This document shows positions 1 through 7,048 of a DNA stretch of 54,472 bases, piece after piece (positions within the stretch are counted from its first letter, which is position 1; each line of letters starts with the position of its first letter). A program made the translations under genes and the position numbers. The DNA is taken from positions 1 to 54,472 of the IMG/VR virus record IMGVR_UViG_3300023503_000001; one strand, written 5' to 3'. The notes under the pieces were generated by a model. The model was given only the letters and a program-made list of their open reading frames with translations. It was not told the DNA's origin and did not search any database. Source of the DNA: a virus (taxonomy: Duplodnaviria > Caudoviricetes).

Positions 1-178
1 AACTATAACTTCGTGTAAAGCAAATCCAACTACAGATGAAATAAATTGAACTTAAACTTTTTTATCAGAACATGCCTTAAACATTTTAATTGCTCCACAT
101 TACTGAAATTATAGTTCCAAATATAAATCCAGCTATAAACATAGATAGATTCGTAAAAATAAGATCTATTTTTGATTC
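1..178. repeat. Terminal direct repeat, copy 1 (circular-assembly overlap)
   Basis: Identical to 54295-54472 except position 52 (T vs A at 54346). Confidence 0.97.
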
Positions 179-220
179 TTCTTGTTTAGGTTTTTCGACA
201 TAATCTTTAGGTTGTTGCAT
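86..220 (-). CDS. Small membrane protein
   Basis: ATG at 220 with AAGGA RBS (the ORF-track start overlaps a tRNA); C-terminal hydrophobic helix. Confidence 0.6.
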   Translation of the reverse strand: MQQPKDYVEKPKQEESKIDLIFTNLSMFIAGFIFGTIISVMWSN

Positions 221-238
221 CTTATGTTCCTTATCAAC

Positions 239-315
239 TGGCACCCCTGACAGGACTCGAACCTGTAACACCGAGGGTAGAAACCTCGTGTTCTATCCGG
301 TTGAGCTACAGGGGC
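239..315 (-). tRNA. tRNA-Arg (UCU)
   Basis: GCCCCTG acceptor, anticodon arm CGAGG-TTTCTAC-CCTCG, TTCGAGT T-loop, encoded CCA. Confidence 0.95.
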
Positions 316-319
316 AAAA

Positions 320-395
320 TGGTGGGCCCACCAGGATTTGAACCTGGGACCAAGAGATTATGAGTCTCCTGCTCTAACCACTGAGCTATAGGCCC
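320..395 (-). tRNA. tRNA-Ile2 (CAU, lysidine type) rather than Met
   Basis: Cloverleaf with CTCATAA loop; sequence closely resembles ileX-type tRNAs; encoded CCA. Confidence 0.85.
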
Positions 396-524
396 AAAAC
401 TATTATACCTCAAAATCTAAACAGGTACGTGTGTTATTTGTAATTGTTTTTAGTATGATTGGTGCTATCATTGAAGCCATTGTAGATTACTTCGTTTATT
501 GAAAAATGTGATGAATGCTTTAAT

Positions 525-800
525 TCATATTAAATCATGACATTTAGACGCACCATAGCGCTTTATACATTTTCTCTCTTCAATAAGAAGATCTAACCTT
601 TCATTAGCTTCCTGCTCGAGTCGGAGCAGATCTAATGTAGGAATTTTAAATTTTACTTTATGTCCACTTTTCCACCTAACAATTAGGTCTTCAATATAAT
701 CATTAGGCAAACCTACGCTTGGATCAGCTGGCGCTATCTGAGCCTCAACTATTACAGATAATCCACTTTTAATAGTGGATTCAAATTCAAATTTGTACAT
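525..800 (-). CDS. Hypothetical phage protein
   Basis: 91-aa ORF with GAGGA RBS, directly behind a conserved promoter. Confidence 0.8.
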   Translation of the reverse strand: MYKFEFESTIKSGLSVIVEAQIAPADPSVGLPNDYIEDLIVRWKSGHKVKFKIPTLDLLRLEQEANERLDLLIEERKCIKRYGASKCHDLI

Positions 801-826
801 AATTTGTTCCTCTCTATTTTAAAAAT

Positions 827-892
827 ATTTTAACAAATTTGAATTTATTTGTAAAATTAAAATTTTTTATTTAGCTATAAAATATAGCTATA
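827..892 (-). promoter_or_regulatory. Conserved phage promoter, copy 1
   Basis: TATA-N9-TATA box, A-tract, TTTTAC, 18 nt, TAAAAT. Confidence 0.7.
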
Positions 893-919
893 TGAAATAT
901 ATTTAACTATCCATAGTGT

Positions 920-1140
920 TCTAAATATTTTTCAATATTTCTGCGTAGCTCATTTCTTCATCGCCTAACCAAGTTGTGCGCTTTGATTTCAGCCGATGTA
1001 ATTTAGCAAGTGCTTCGCTGAACGCACCTGGACCGTCCACTTGCGTTCGTGTACCCGTCGAAACCCGTCACCTCCGTCATGGTGGAAGTGGGTGGAATCG
1101 AACCCCTGTCCGAACGCCATCACGTTCGCTTCATCCGGCC
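920..1140 (-). ncRNA. ssrA: Circularly permuted (two-piece) tmRNA-like RNA; outer ends uncertain
   Basis: 3' end ...TTCGGACAGGGGTTCGATTCCACCCACTTCCACCA (CCA at 1080-1082), 4-nt linker, then 5' end GGAGGTGACGGGTTTCGACGGG from 1075; acceptor stem GGAGGTG/CACTTCC. Confidence 0.7.
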
Positions 1141-1151
1141 AGTTGCCAACC

Positions 1152-1310
1152 TCACCGGGAGTGAGATTCTTTCGAGGCCGTGAAATAGTCGCGCATCACT
1201 TCTTCCTCATAATCGTCGTCGTCGAGATCAATATCAGGTGGTTCGCTGAAAACAGCGATCACTATTAGGCACATCACACCGACGGCAAACACTGCAAACA
1301 AGGCGTCCAT
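1152..1310 (-). CDS. Small single-pass membrane protein with acidic tail (52 aa, not in ORF track)
   Basis: MDALFAVFAVGVMCLIVIAVFSEPPDIDLDDDDYEEE...; GAGGGG RBS. Confidence 0.65.
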   Translation of the reverse strand: MDALFAVFAVGVMCLIVIAVFSEPPDIDLDDDDYEEEVMRDYFTASKESHSR

Positions 1311-1459
1311 TACATTCCCCTCTATCTACTCAGTTGTCAACTTCACCGGGGGGGTGAAATTCTAAAAATTTTTCGAAGCACAAACAGTCCAAACGCTAAA
1401 AGCAAATACCCAACTGCCAATAGGATTTATGCCGCAAGTATCCATAACAGATCATGCAT

Positions 1460-1756
1460 TCATGCACCTTTCTTCTCATTATGTGCTTGTTGAAAGCCGA
1501 GCTCTATGACAGGACATCCGTTGCGATGTGCTCCGCGTTCTGAGCGGTAAATGCCACATGTACCTCTACGACATTTTGCACGCGCCCACTCTTCTACCTG
1601 GCGCAGGTCGTTGGTCAGCTGCTTCAGTATGTCGGCAACTTCAGGAGCGGCATCCAGATATTTTGCGCCGTAGGGAAAGAGACTCGGCGTTTCTACGAGA
1701 TTGTTGGCAAGGGTTGCCAGCTCGCGGGCGCGTTTGATCAATTCATCGTGATTCAT
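1460..1756 (-). CDS. Hypothetical protein, paralog of 2394-2609
   Basis: MNHDELIKRARE N-terminus; ATGA overlap with upstream gene. Confidence 0.75.
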   Translation of the reverse strand: MNHDELIKRARELATLANNLVETPSLFPYGAKYLDAAPEVADILKQLTNDLRQVEEWARAKCRRGTCGIYRSERGAHRNGCPVIELGFQQAHNEKKGA

Positions 1757-1992
1757 TGCCCTTCCCTCTCCATCTGTGCCAGGTCGCCCGCATCAAATGT
1801 GTTGGCGTACGGGACACCTGTGATTCCCGCGAACTTGCGGCACCGGAACTGCTTGGCGTTCGTCCGGCTCACCCGCATCTGGAGTAGATGCCCGGTGCTC
1901 ATGAAGTTGAACACGGCCACGTAGATCCAGTTCGACCACCAGCGCCAGCGGCCGATCTTCACATTTTCCACGGTCAGCACGTTGACTTTCAT
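1753..1992 (-). CDS. Hypothetical protein
   Basis: 79-aa ORF, AGGAG RBS, coupled to next gene. Confidence 0.7.
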   Translation of the reverse strand: MKVNVLTVENVKIGRWRWWSNWIYVAVFNFMSTGHLLQMRVSRTNAKQFRCRKFAGITGVPYANTFDAGDLAQMEREGQ

Positions 1993-2277
1993 CAGAGCTT
2001 TCTCCTAAGTATTTCTCTCCTTGTCGCAAACCACGAAGGTTTAAATAGTCGGCCTACCCCATGTACGTGTTACGGTAACTTTCACACCAGGGCTATCGGG
2101 ATACCATAGTCTAACCGTCTTTGGACGTAAAACGATGTTGTATAAAGGTACAATCAAGACTTTTATTTTCATAAGTAATTTCTCAACTTAGAAAAAATTT
2201 TTAGGATCGTATAAAATTAAAAGTACTAACACAAAAGCTATTAAAATTAATATTGAATCCATATTAGTCTCTAAATT

Positions 2278-2353
2278 TGGAGCCAGAGACAGGAATCGAA
2301 CCCGCGACATCCTCATTACAAGTGAGGCGCTCTACCTACTGAGCTACTCTGGC
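2278..2353 (-). tRNA. tRNA-Thr (UGU)
   Basis: GCCAGAG acceptor, CCTCA-CTTGTAA-TGAGG anticodon arm, encoded CCA. Confidence 0.95.
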
Positions 2354-2393
2354 ATTATAGCACAAATAAACGGAAGTCGAACCCACACTCTGT

Positions 2394-2609
2394 CTATAAA
2401 TGTAGCTCCTCTTTCTGTTCTGCTATCGCCTCGTGCGCTAATTGCGCGGACATGTCGAGTTTCTCCAGACGATCGGCCATCTGCTCAAGCAAATTTGCCA
2501 CCTCGTCTGCATAAGCTGCCTTGTTCAATACCCCAGTCTCGGTGAGTGGCTGCGATTTGATGTCGTTCGCCACCTCTCTGGCGCGTTTGATCAGTTCGTC
2601 GTTGCTCAT
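2394..2609 (-). CDS. Hypothetical helical protein (true start 2609)
   Basis: MSNDELIKRAREVA, GAGG RBS, ATGA coupling; the longer ORF-track N-terminus overlaps other genes. Confidence 0.7.
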   Translation of the reverse strand: MSNDELIKRAREVANDIKSQPLTETGVLNKAAYADEVANLLEQMADRLEKLDMSAQLAHEAIAEQKEELHL

Positions 2610-2713
2610 TTCAACCTCGCCCACGGTGATGACAGGAGCGCCAGGATCGCGGCGCAGATGACGACTATCAGGATCGCGGCGCAGATGACGACTATCAGGA
2701 TCGGCTCGCTCAC
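2606..2713 (-). CDS. 35-aa hydrophobic peptide (not in ORF track)
   Basis: MSEPILIVVICAAILIVVICAAILALLSSPWARLK; GTGA overlap upstream and ATGA overlap downstream. Confidence 0.65.
   Translation of the reverse strand: MSEPILIVVICAAILIVVICAAILALLSSPWARLK
2642..2703. repeat. 27-bp tandem repeat (2.3 copies)
   Basis: CAGGATCGCGGCGCAGATGACGACTAT at 2642 and 2669, partial copy at 2696. Confidence 0.95.
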
Positions 2714-3156
2714 AGCACCACCTCGCCTCGGTTGAGCTTATCAACAAGCTCCTCAACTTTTTCTCTCGGGCCGTAAGGTATCCAGGGGTTCCTGTATGCC
2801 ACGTCACACGAAGCATCCCACTCCTCAAACTGTACGTCGTATTCAGGAAAGTACGCGGGTAGTCCGGTCTCCGGCACCTCGTAGTCGGGCCAATGCTCCA
2901 GGGCATAGGCGACAAGTCGGTGGTGGACGCGCATGAGGTCGGCTGCCCGTGCTGCCAGGGCTTGGGTTGGGTACTCAAGGCCGAAGCGTCTGCGCATGGA
3001 TGATTCGATGCCCTCGCCTACATCCCCCCAACCGTTCACATAGAACCGCCCGCCCTTCGGCTCCCATTGTTGCGGCTTCGGGGGTTCGATGGTGATGCTC
3101 TCACCGCGTTGTAAAACATCCCACTGCTCATCAGTAAACTGAATTGTCTTGCTCAT
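2710..3156 (-). CDS. Hypothetical phage protein
   Basis: GC-rich ORF, AAGGAG RBS. Confidence 0.8.
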   Translation of the reverse strand: MSKTIQFTDEQWDVLQRGESITIEPPKPQQWEPKGGRFYVNGWGDVGEGIESSMRRRFGLEYPTQALAARAADLMRVHHRLVAYALEHWPDYEVPETGLPAYFPEYDVQFEEWDASCDVAYRNPWIPYGPREKVEELVDKLNRGEVVL

Positions 3157-3364
3157 GATCACACTCCTTATTATGGATCAATCTATTCAATGTCTCTTCT
3201 ATTTGACGTGCTTTTACTCGATGGATGTAAAGTCTTTGCATATTTGGATAATAATTCATCATCCGCAATTTTGGACTAAATGAATTGCGCTTCAATACAA
3301 AGACAAACCAAAACCAATCAAAAAACCCAACGGCTTTAATTTCTTTGATGTATCTTTTTAGCAT
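3131..3364 (-). CDS. Hypothetical protein
   Basis: 77-aa ORF in a tightly packed operon. Confidence 0.6.
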   Translation of the reverse strand: MLKRYIKEIKAVGFFDWFWFVFVLKRNSFSPKLRMMNYYPNMQRLYIHRVKARQIEETLNRLIHNKECDHEQDNSVY

Positions 3365-3707
3365 TGATTAAATCCGTATAAATCTCACAAGAATTTGGTC
3401 GGCATTTATCTGAGTCTAGAGCACAACCACCATCTACAAAGTTGGTACAAGTTTCATAAAGAGATTGTTGCTCGCATATTTTAAAAAGCATGGGATATTG
3501 ATTATCCACGCTAAAATTCATTTCTTTTCCAAGTTGTATGGAAGGCAACAATTTTTGAGCAACATAACGAGCACCTTCTTTTGTTATAGGCTGGGCCATA
3601 TAAACGCAATGAAAAACTGCGTCATTCAGTGTTTTGAATTGGGTGCGCAATGGACGCCAGAAGAAATCTGAGCCCTCTTTTTCTTTTCTAAAAGCTATAT
3701 AGCTCAT
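3336..3707 (-). CDS. Hypothetical protein with C-terminal Cys4 motif
   Basis: GGAGG RBS; CTNFVDGGC...CRPNSC. Confidence 0.75.
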   Translation of the reverse strand: MSYIAFRKEKEGSDFFWRPLRTQFKTLNDAVFHCVYMAQPITKEGARYVAQKLLPSIQLGKEMNFSVDNQYPMLFKICEQQSLYETCTNFVDGGCALDSDKCRPNSCEIYTDLINAKKIHQRN

Positions 3708-4009
3708 AGTATATCCTCCTCTTGCTCGTTTAGCTCTTTTCGTTTTATTTTCCAGTAAAGAGGACCATAACCTCTAAGGGCAAACAATTCTTCAATATTT
3801 ATTGGCTTAGCCCATTCACCCCACTTAATGAGCTTAACAGTTGGCTTATCCTCTCTTACTTTTTTGATGAGTTTAATTATTTTATCGTCCTCCCAAGGCT
3901 GAGCACCATCCCACCCCATCAGATTTTGAAAAGGCGGAATTTGCTCTCCTTTTTCATCAAGGAACGTAGTATTTCCGTTAGTAAATAGTGCTATTTGGGA
4001 GATCTTCAT
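3704..4009 (-). CDS. Hypothetical protein
   Basis: GGAGGT RBS, 101 aa. Confidence 0.8.
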   Translation of the reverse strand: MKISQIALFTNGNTTFLDEKGEQIPPFQNLMGWDGAQPWEDDKIIKLIKKVREDKPTVKLIKWGEWAKPINIEELFALRGYGPLYWKIKRKELNEQEEDIL

Positions 4010-4031
4010 AATTTACCTCCATCATCAATGA

Positions 4032-4119
4032 TGGTGCCCGAGGCCGGACTCGAACCGGCACTGTCTTACGACAGGCAGATTTTAAGTCTGCTGCGTCTAC
4101 CAAATTTCGCCACTCGGGC
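4032..4119 (-). tRNA. tRNA-Leu (UAA)
   Basis: Type II cloverleaf, GCAGA-CTTAAAA-TCTGC arm, long variable arm, encoded CCA. Confidence 0.95.
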
Positions 4120-4121
4120 AA

Positions 4122-4294
4122 TAAAGTTTATTAAAGAACTCCTGTGAGAGTGAGGCCTTTAAACTTAACACCTCATTTGAGATGATGGCTAGCACACCAT
4201 CTCCTTTCTACTCTATTGTAGAATCACTCCTATGGCCACTTGAAGCAGGGTTCTTCAACAACCCCTCTACACAGGAGCTCTTCAATAAACTTTA
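4122..4294 (-). ncRNA. Unidentified structured ncRNA candidate
   Basis: ~29-bp closing stem with two mismatches that are G.U only on the minus strand, enclosing four hairpins; sits between a promoter and tRNA-Leu. Confidence 0.65.
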
Positions 4295-4311
4295 AACATT
4301 TTGTAAAATAA

Positions 4312-4377
4312 ATTATAATTTAATTGAAAGAAAAAGTAAAATTAAACTTTTTTATAGCCTTATAAATTTAATTTATA
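4312..4377 (-). promoter_or_regulatory. Conserved phage promoter, copy 2
   Basis: TATAAATTAAATTTATA box, A-tract, TTTTAC(T), TATAAT. Confidence 0.8.
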
Positions 4378-4396
4378 GGGCACTATCTATTTAACA

Positions 4397-4800
4397 CTAA
4401 AGAAAATGTTGAAAACGAGCCTTCATAGCATCAATTGTCTTCTGTGGCACGTCATGTGCACTTTTATTTCCGTGTAAATTATTGACAGTCAGTACAATTA
4501 CTTCATAATCCTCCTCTTCTGCTTTGTTGAGATATTTTTTGAACTCCCAACACTGTGTGTTTGTACTGTCTACGATAACAGTGGTTTCTCGACGTTCGAG
4601 AGCCTCTCAGAATTGCCGGAAACAGGCGGCGTGGGCTAAGTGCAATTTCTTGCTATCGAAAACATATTCACCATACTCATTAACGAAATAGTTGTCGGCG
4701 GACACGACAACAGTATCACAGGGATTCAAACTGACGAGTAACTCTGCGAAATGTGACTTCCAGAACAAGGCAATCCACGTAAGATAATGCATGTCGACAT
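4397..4800 (-). pseudogene. Disrupted AAA_33 / polynucleotide-kinase-like P-loop kinase
   Basis: MSTCIILRGLPCSG, frameshift near 4760, KSHFA...SADNYF...AHAACFRQF, in-frame TGA at 4607-4609, then EAL...IVDSTNT...HDVP...MKARF. Confidence 0.8.
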
Positions 4801-4802
4801 AA

Positions 4803-5057
4803 TTAATTCCTCGCTTGTTTTACAAATGACACAGCTTCTTTCCACTCAAAGAACTCACCTTGAGTAAAGAGTCGAAAACACTCCTCACCAAACCCTGTCA
4901 TACTAACGACGAGTTCATTATCAGACTCACGTCGCCTGAAAGATATACAACGCAAACGAAACAAGCTCGCAAGTGTCATAAAGTGAAACTGCGGTGCTTT
5001 TCTCTCTTTAATGAAGAGTAATCGCAGACAATGTTTCTGGGATTCAGAAAATTTCAT
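4803..5057 (-). CDS. Hypothetical protein, possibly winged-helix-like
   Basis: GAGGTGA RBS, 84 aa. Confidence 0.7.
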   Translation of the reverse strand: MKFSESQKHCLRLLFIKERKAPQFHFMTLASLFRLRCISFRRRESDNELVVSMTGFGEECFRLFTQGEFFEWKEAVSFVKQARN

Positions 5058-5060
5058 AAG

Positions 5061-5357
5061 TCACCTCACTTGTTTACAGGTGAGGTACACAGTTTCAAAA
5101 GGTGATGACAAAGAAACTTTCGATTTTAATTTAAGTTCCTTAATAAGATCAATAACATTTTCGTTAAGAAGCTGTAATGTTTCTTCATTGATATAAAGCT
5201 CCCTGAAACATTCTTTCAAACTATTTATTATAGGATGAAGAACATCAGACATTATGACGTAGGTCATAGTACATTGTGTAGGATCAAAACCGCGGACTGA
5301 GTCGACGGCGAAATTATTTGTGTAAACAAAAACTTTGCACGGATAGTTATTAGACAT
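5061..5357 (-). CDS. Hypothetical protein (start 5357)
   Basis: AGAGGAG RBS before MSNNYP; the upstream in-frame extension runs through repeats. Confidence 0.7.
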   Translation of the reverse strand: MSNNYPCKVFVYTNNFAVDSVRGFDPTQCTMTYVIMSDVLHPIINSLKECFRELYINEETLQLLNENVIDLIKELKLKSKVSLSSPFETVYLTCKQVR

Positions 5358-5585
5358 GACTATCACTCCTCTATAACTAAGCTGACAAAACAAAGAAAAG
5401 GAAAAAATTTTCACGAAGCAAGACATTTTCCTTACAGAAGAAATTTTGTGTAAATTTTTTGAAAAAATCTCACTTTGTATATGCGAAGTTACGCGAAAAT
5501 AGCAAAAATGCCTTGCGATGTTATGCGAAAGACCACAATCGCACATAATCGCGCACAATCGCGATTTGCGAAACCTTTGTCTCCG

Positions 5586-5903
5586 TCAAATTTCTTCTCT
5601 CTCACGCCCTCGCGGAGTATGTTTCATATAGTAACCTTTCAAATACTCCCAATCTATTAACGCATAACAAATCACAAGAAGTTCTCTAATGAATTCTGCG
5701 TTTGATGCAAACTCTAACTCCTCATTTAGGAGGTTATCTTCCATCAAGAATAGATTAAAATCTGTTGCAAAATCTTCGATGGAAAAGAGTTGATCTGGGT
5801 CGTAAAAATTGATAACAGCCTGCGTTAGGCTCTTTATTTTATCTTCTACTGATGAAGCCACAGCTTGTTGATATTGATGTTGATCTGTAGTATTTTCTTT
5901 CAT
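5586..5903 (-). CDS. Acidic early protein
   Basis: AGGAGGT RBS, behind promoter copy 3. Confidence 0.8.
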   Translation of the reverse strand: MKENTTDQHQYQQAVASSVEDKIKSLTQAVINFYDPDQLFSIEDFATDFNLFLMEDNLLNEELEFASNAEFIRELLVICYALIDWEYLKGYYMKHTPRGREREEI

Positions 5904-5939
5904 AATGAACCTCCTAACAAAATTTCAATTTATACTTAT

Positions 5940-6004
5940 ATTATAGTTTAAATTTTTAAAAAGTACAATTAAACTTTTTTATTTTTGAATAAAATTTATT
6001 TATA
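5940..6004 (-). promoter_or_regulatory. Conserved phage promoter, copy 3
   Basis: TTGTAC-17-TATAAT plus upstream box. Confidence 0.8.
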
Positions 6005-6785
6005 TCATTTTTACAATTTTTATAAAATTATAAATATAGTGCATTTTCGCAAAATGCGAAAAATTTCGCATTTGCGAAAAACATCCAGTAACAATTTATA
6101 AAATTATTACTGCGTTGTTAAACTGTAAAATTGTAATTCTTATAAGTGTTTCGCGCACAATGTACCGGGCAGGCGTCCCTACCTGGGCGAGGGAGCCGAC
6201 CAAGCGAAGTTTGATGAATAATCACCCGAATTCACTATAACAAATTTGCTCTTCGCACGAGTTCGCATACATTCGCAAGCACAACGCAGCGTCGTCCTCA
6301 CCTGGATGACCTAGGGCCTGTCTTGTACTGGCTGGGGAGTCTTAGTTTCGCACAGCGTTGCATAACTTCGTTCAAGTTCGCAAAGTATAAATGAGTCAGG
6401 CCCCCCTGGGTAACTACCTTGAGTTGACTGCGTTGGCCCCCCCCCACTCGGGGCTAAATTGGCATTAAGTAGCGGGCGTGTGAAGAGCCAAAAGGCCTAG
6501 TGTCCAAGAGTGCACACACCCGAACTAGTGCATTTCTATATTCATAAAAAAAAAAAAAATATTATATATACATATATATGTTATTATTCTAGTAATTACA
6601 GACTGCTAGTCTGTAAGCTAGGCCCAGTCGATTTGGCTTGGGCCTAGTGCGTTTTGATGGATGTATGTCCTTGGCGGGCCCGTCATAGGAAGGACCTGGG
6701 CCTGGCTGGGCTCGACCAGGGACAGCGCTGTGTCTCTTTTGTGTGCGAAAATCTTCGCAACTTGCGAAAAAATTTATTAAAAGGT

Positions 6786-6816
6786 AAAAAATGCCTCCCA
6801 CAATTGGGAGGCAAAA
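6786..6816 (-). terminator. Rho-independent terminator
   Basis: TGCCTCCCA-ATTG-TGGGAGGCA followed by a T-run on minus. Confidence 0.85.
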
Positions 6817-6830
6817 CTACCAAGAGAAAG

Positions 6831-7016
6831 TTATGATGTTTTTGGAGGAGGCAAGAGCAATTTAGGCTCTGGCGGGGTTGATTTTTGTTGGACGGTAAAG
6901 GTGGGTGTTTTCTTTGACAGTGTAGTTTGCTTGAAGTAAGCCACACAGTCAACACAACCACAGAAAGGAGCATCAACGCAGATTGTAGGCATACCAACGC
7001 AGATTGTATGATTCAT
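6831..7016 (-). CDS. Small Cys-rich protein with Pro-rich tail
   Basis: AGGAGGT RBS; TICV repeated, CGCVDC; ends before terminator. Confidence 0.65.
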   Translation of the reverse strand: MNHTICVGMPTICVDAPFCGCVDCVAYFKQTTLSKKTPTFTVQQKSTPPEPKLLLPPPKTS

Positions 7017-7048
7017 GACAAATACCTCCTAAAGGAAAGAGGCTAGGA

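Larger units (their letters stand above)
5480..6770. repeat. Clusters of TTCGCA/TGCGAA motifs
   Basis: Dense at 5480-5575, 6045-6080, 6250-6385 and 6743-6770; palindromes such as TTTCGCATTTGCGAAA. Confidence 0.75.

Noticed and set aside
1-178. 178-bp terminal repeat as the biological genome end
   Set aside because: It cuts through coding genes, and its one mismatch (position 52) creates a stop in one copy; best read as circular-assembly overlap with a base error
239-315. Amber suppressor tRNA (CTA in the loop) and stop-codon recoding
   Set aside because: Stem register places TCT at the anticodon, and core genes are intact in the standard code
1080-1115. attP fragment for integration into host ssrA
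   Set aside because: No integrase is visible, and the 5' tmRNA half is also present in permuted order
1140-1363. Integron attC sites
   Set aside because: Too short, no proper RYYYAAC/GTTRRRY pair, no integron integrase
2394-2978. 194-aa ORF as listed in the track
   Set aside because: Its N-terminal part overlaps two better-supported coupled genes; only 2394-2609 is kept
4122-4294. Retron msr-msd or MITE
   Set aside because: No reverse transcriptase or transposase, no second copy, and the mismatches favour a strand-specific RNA stem
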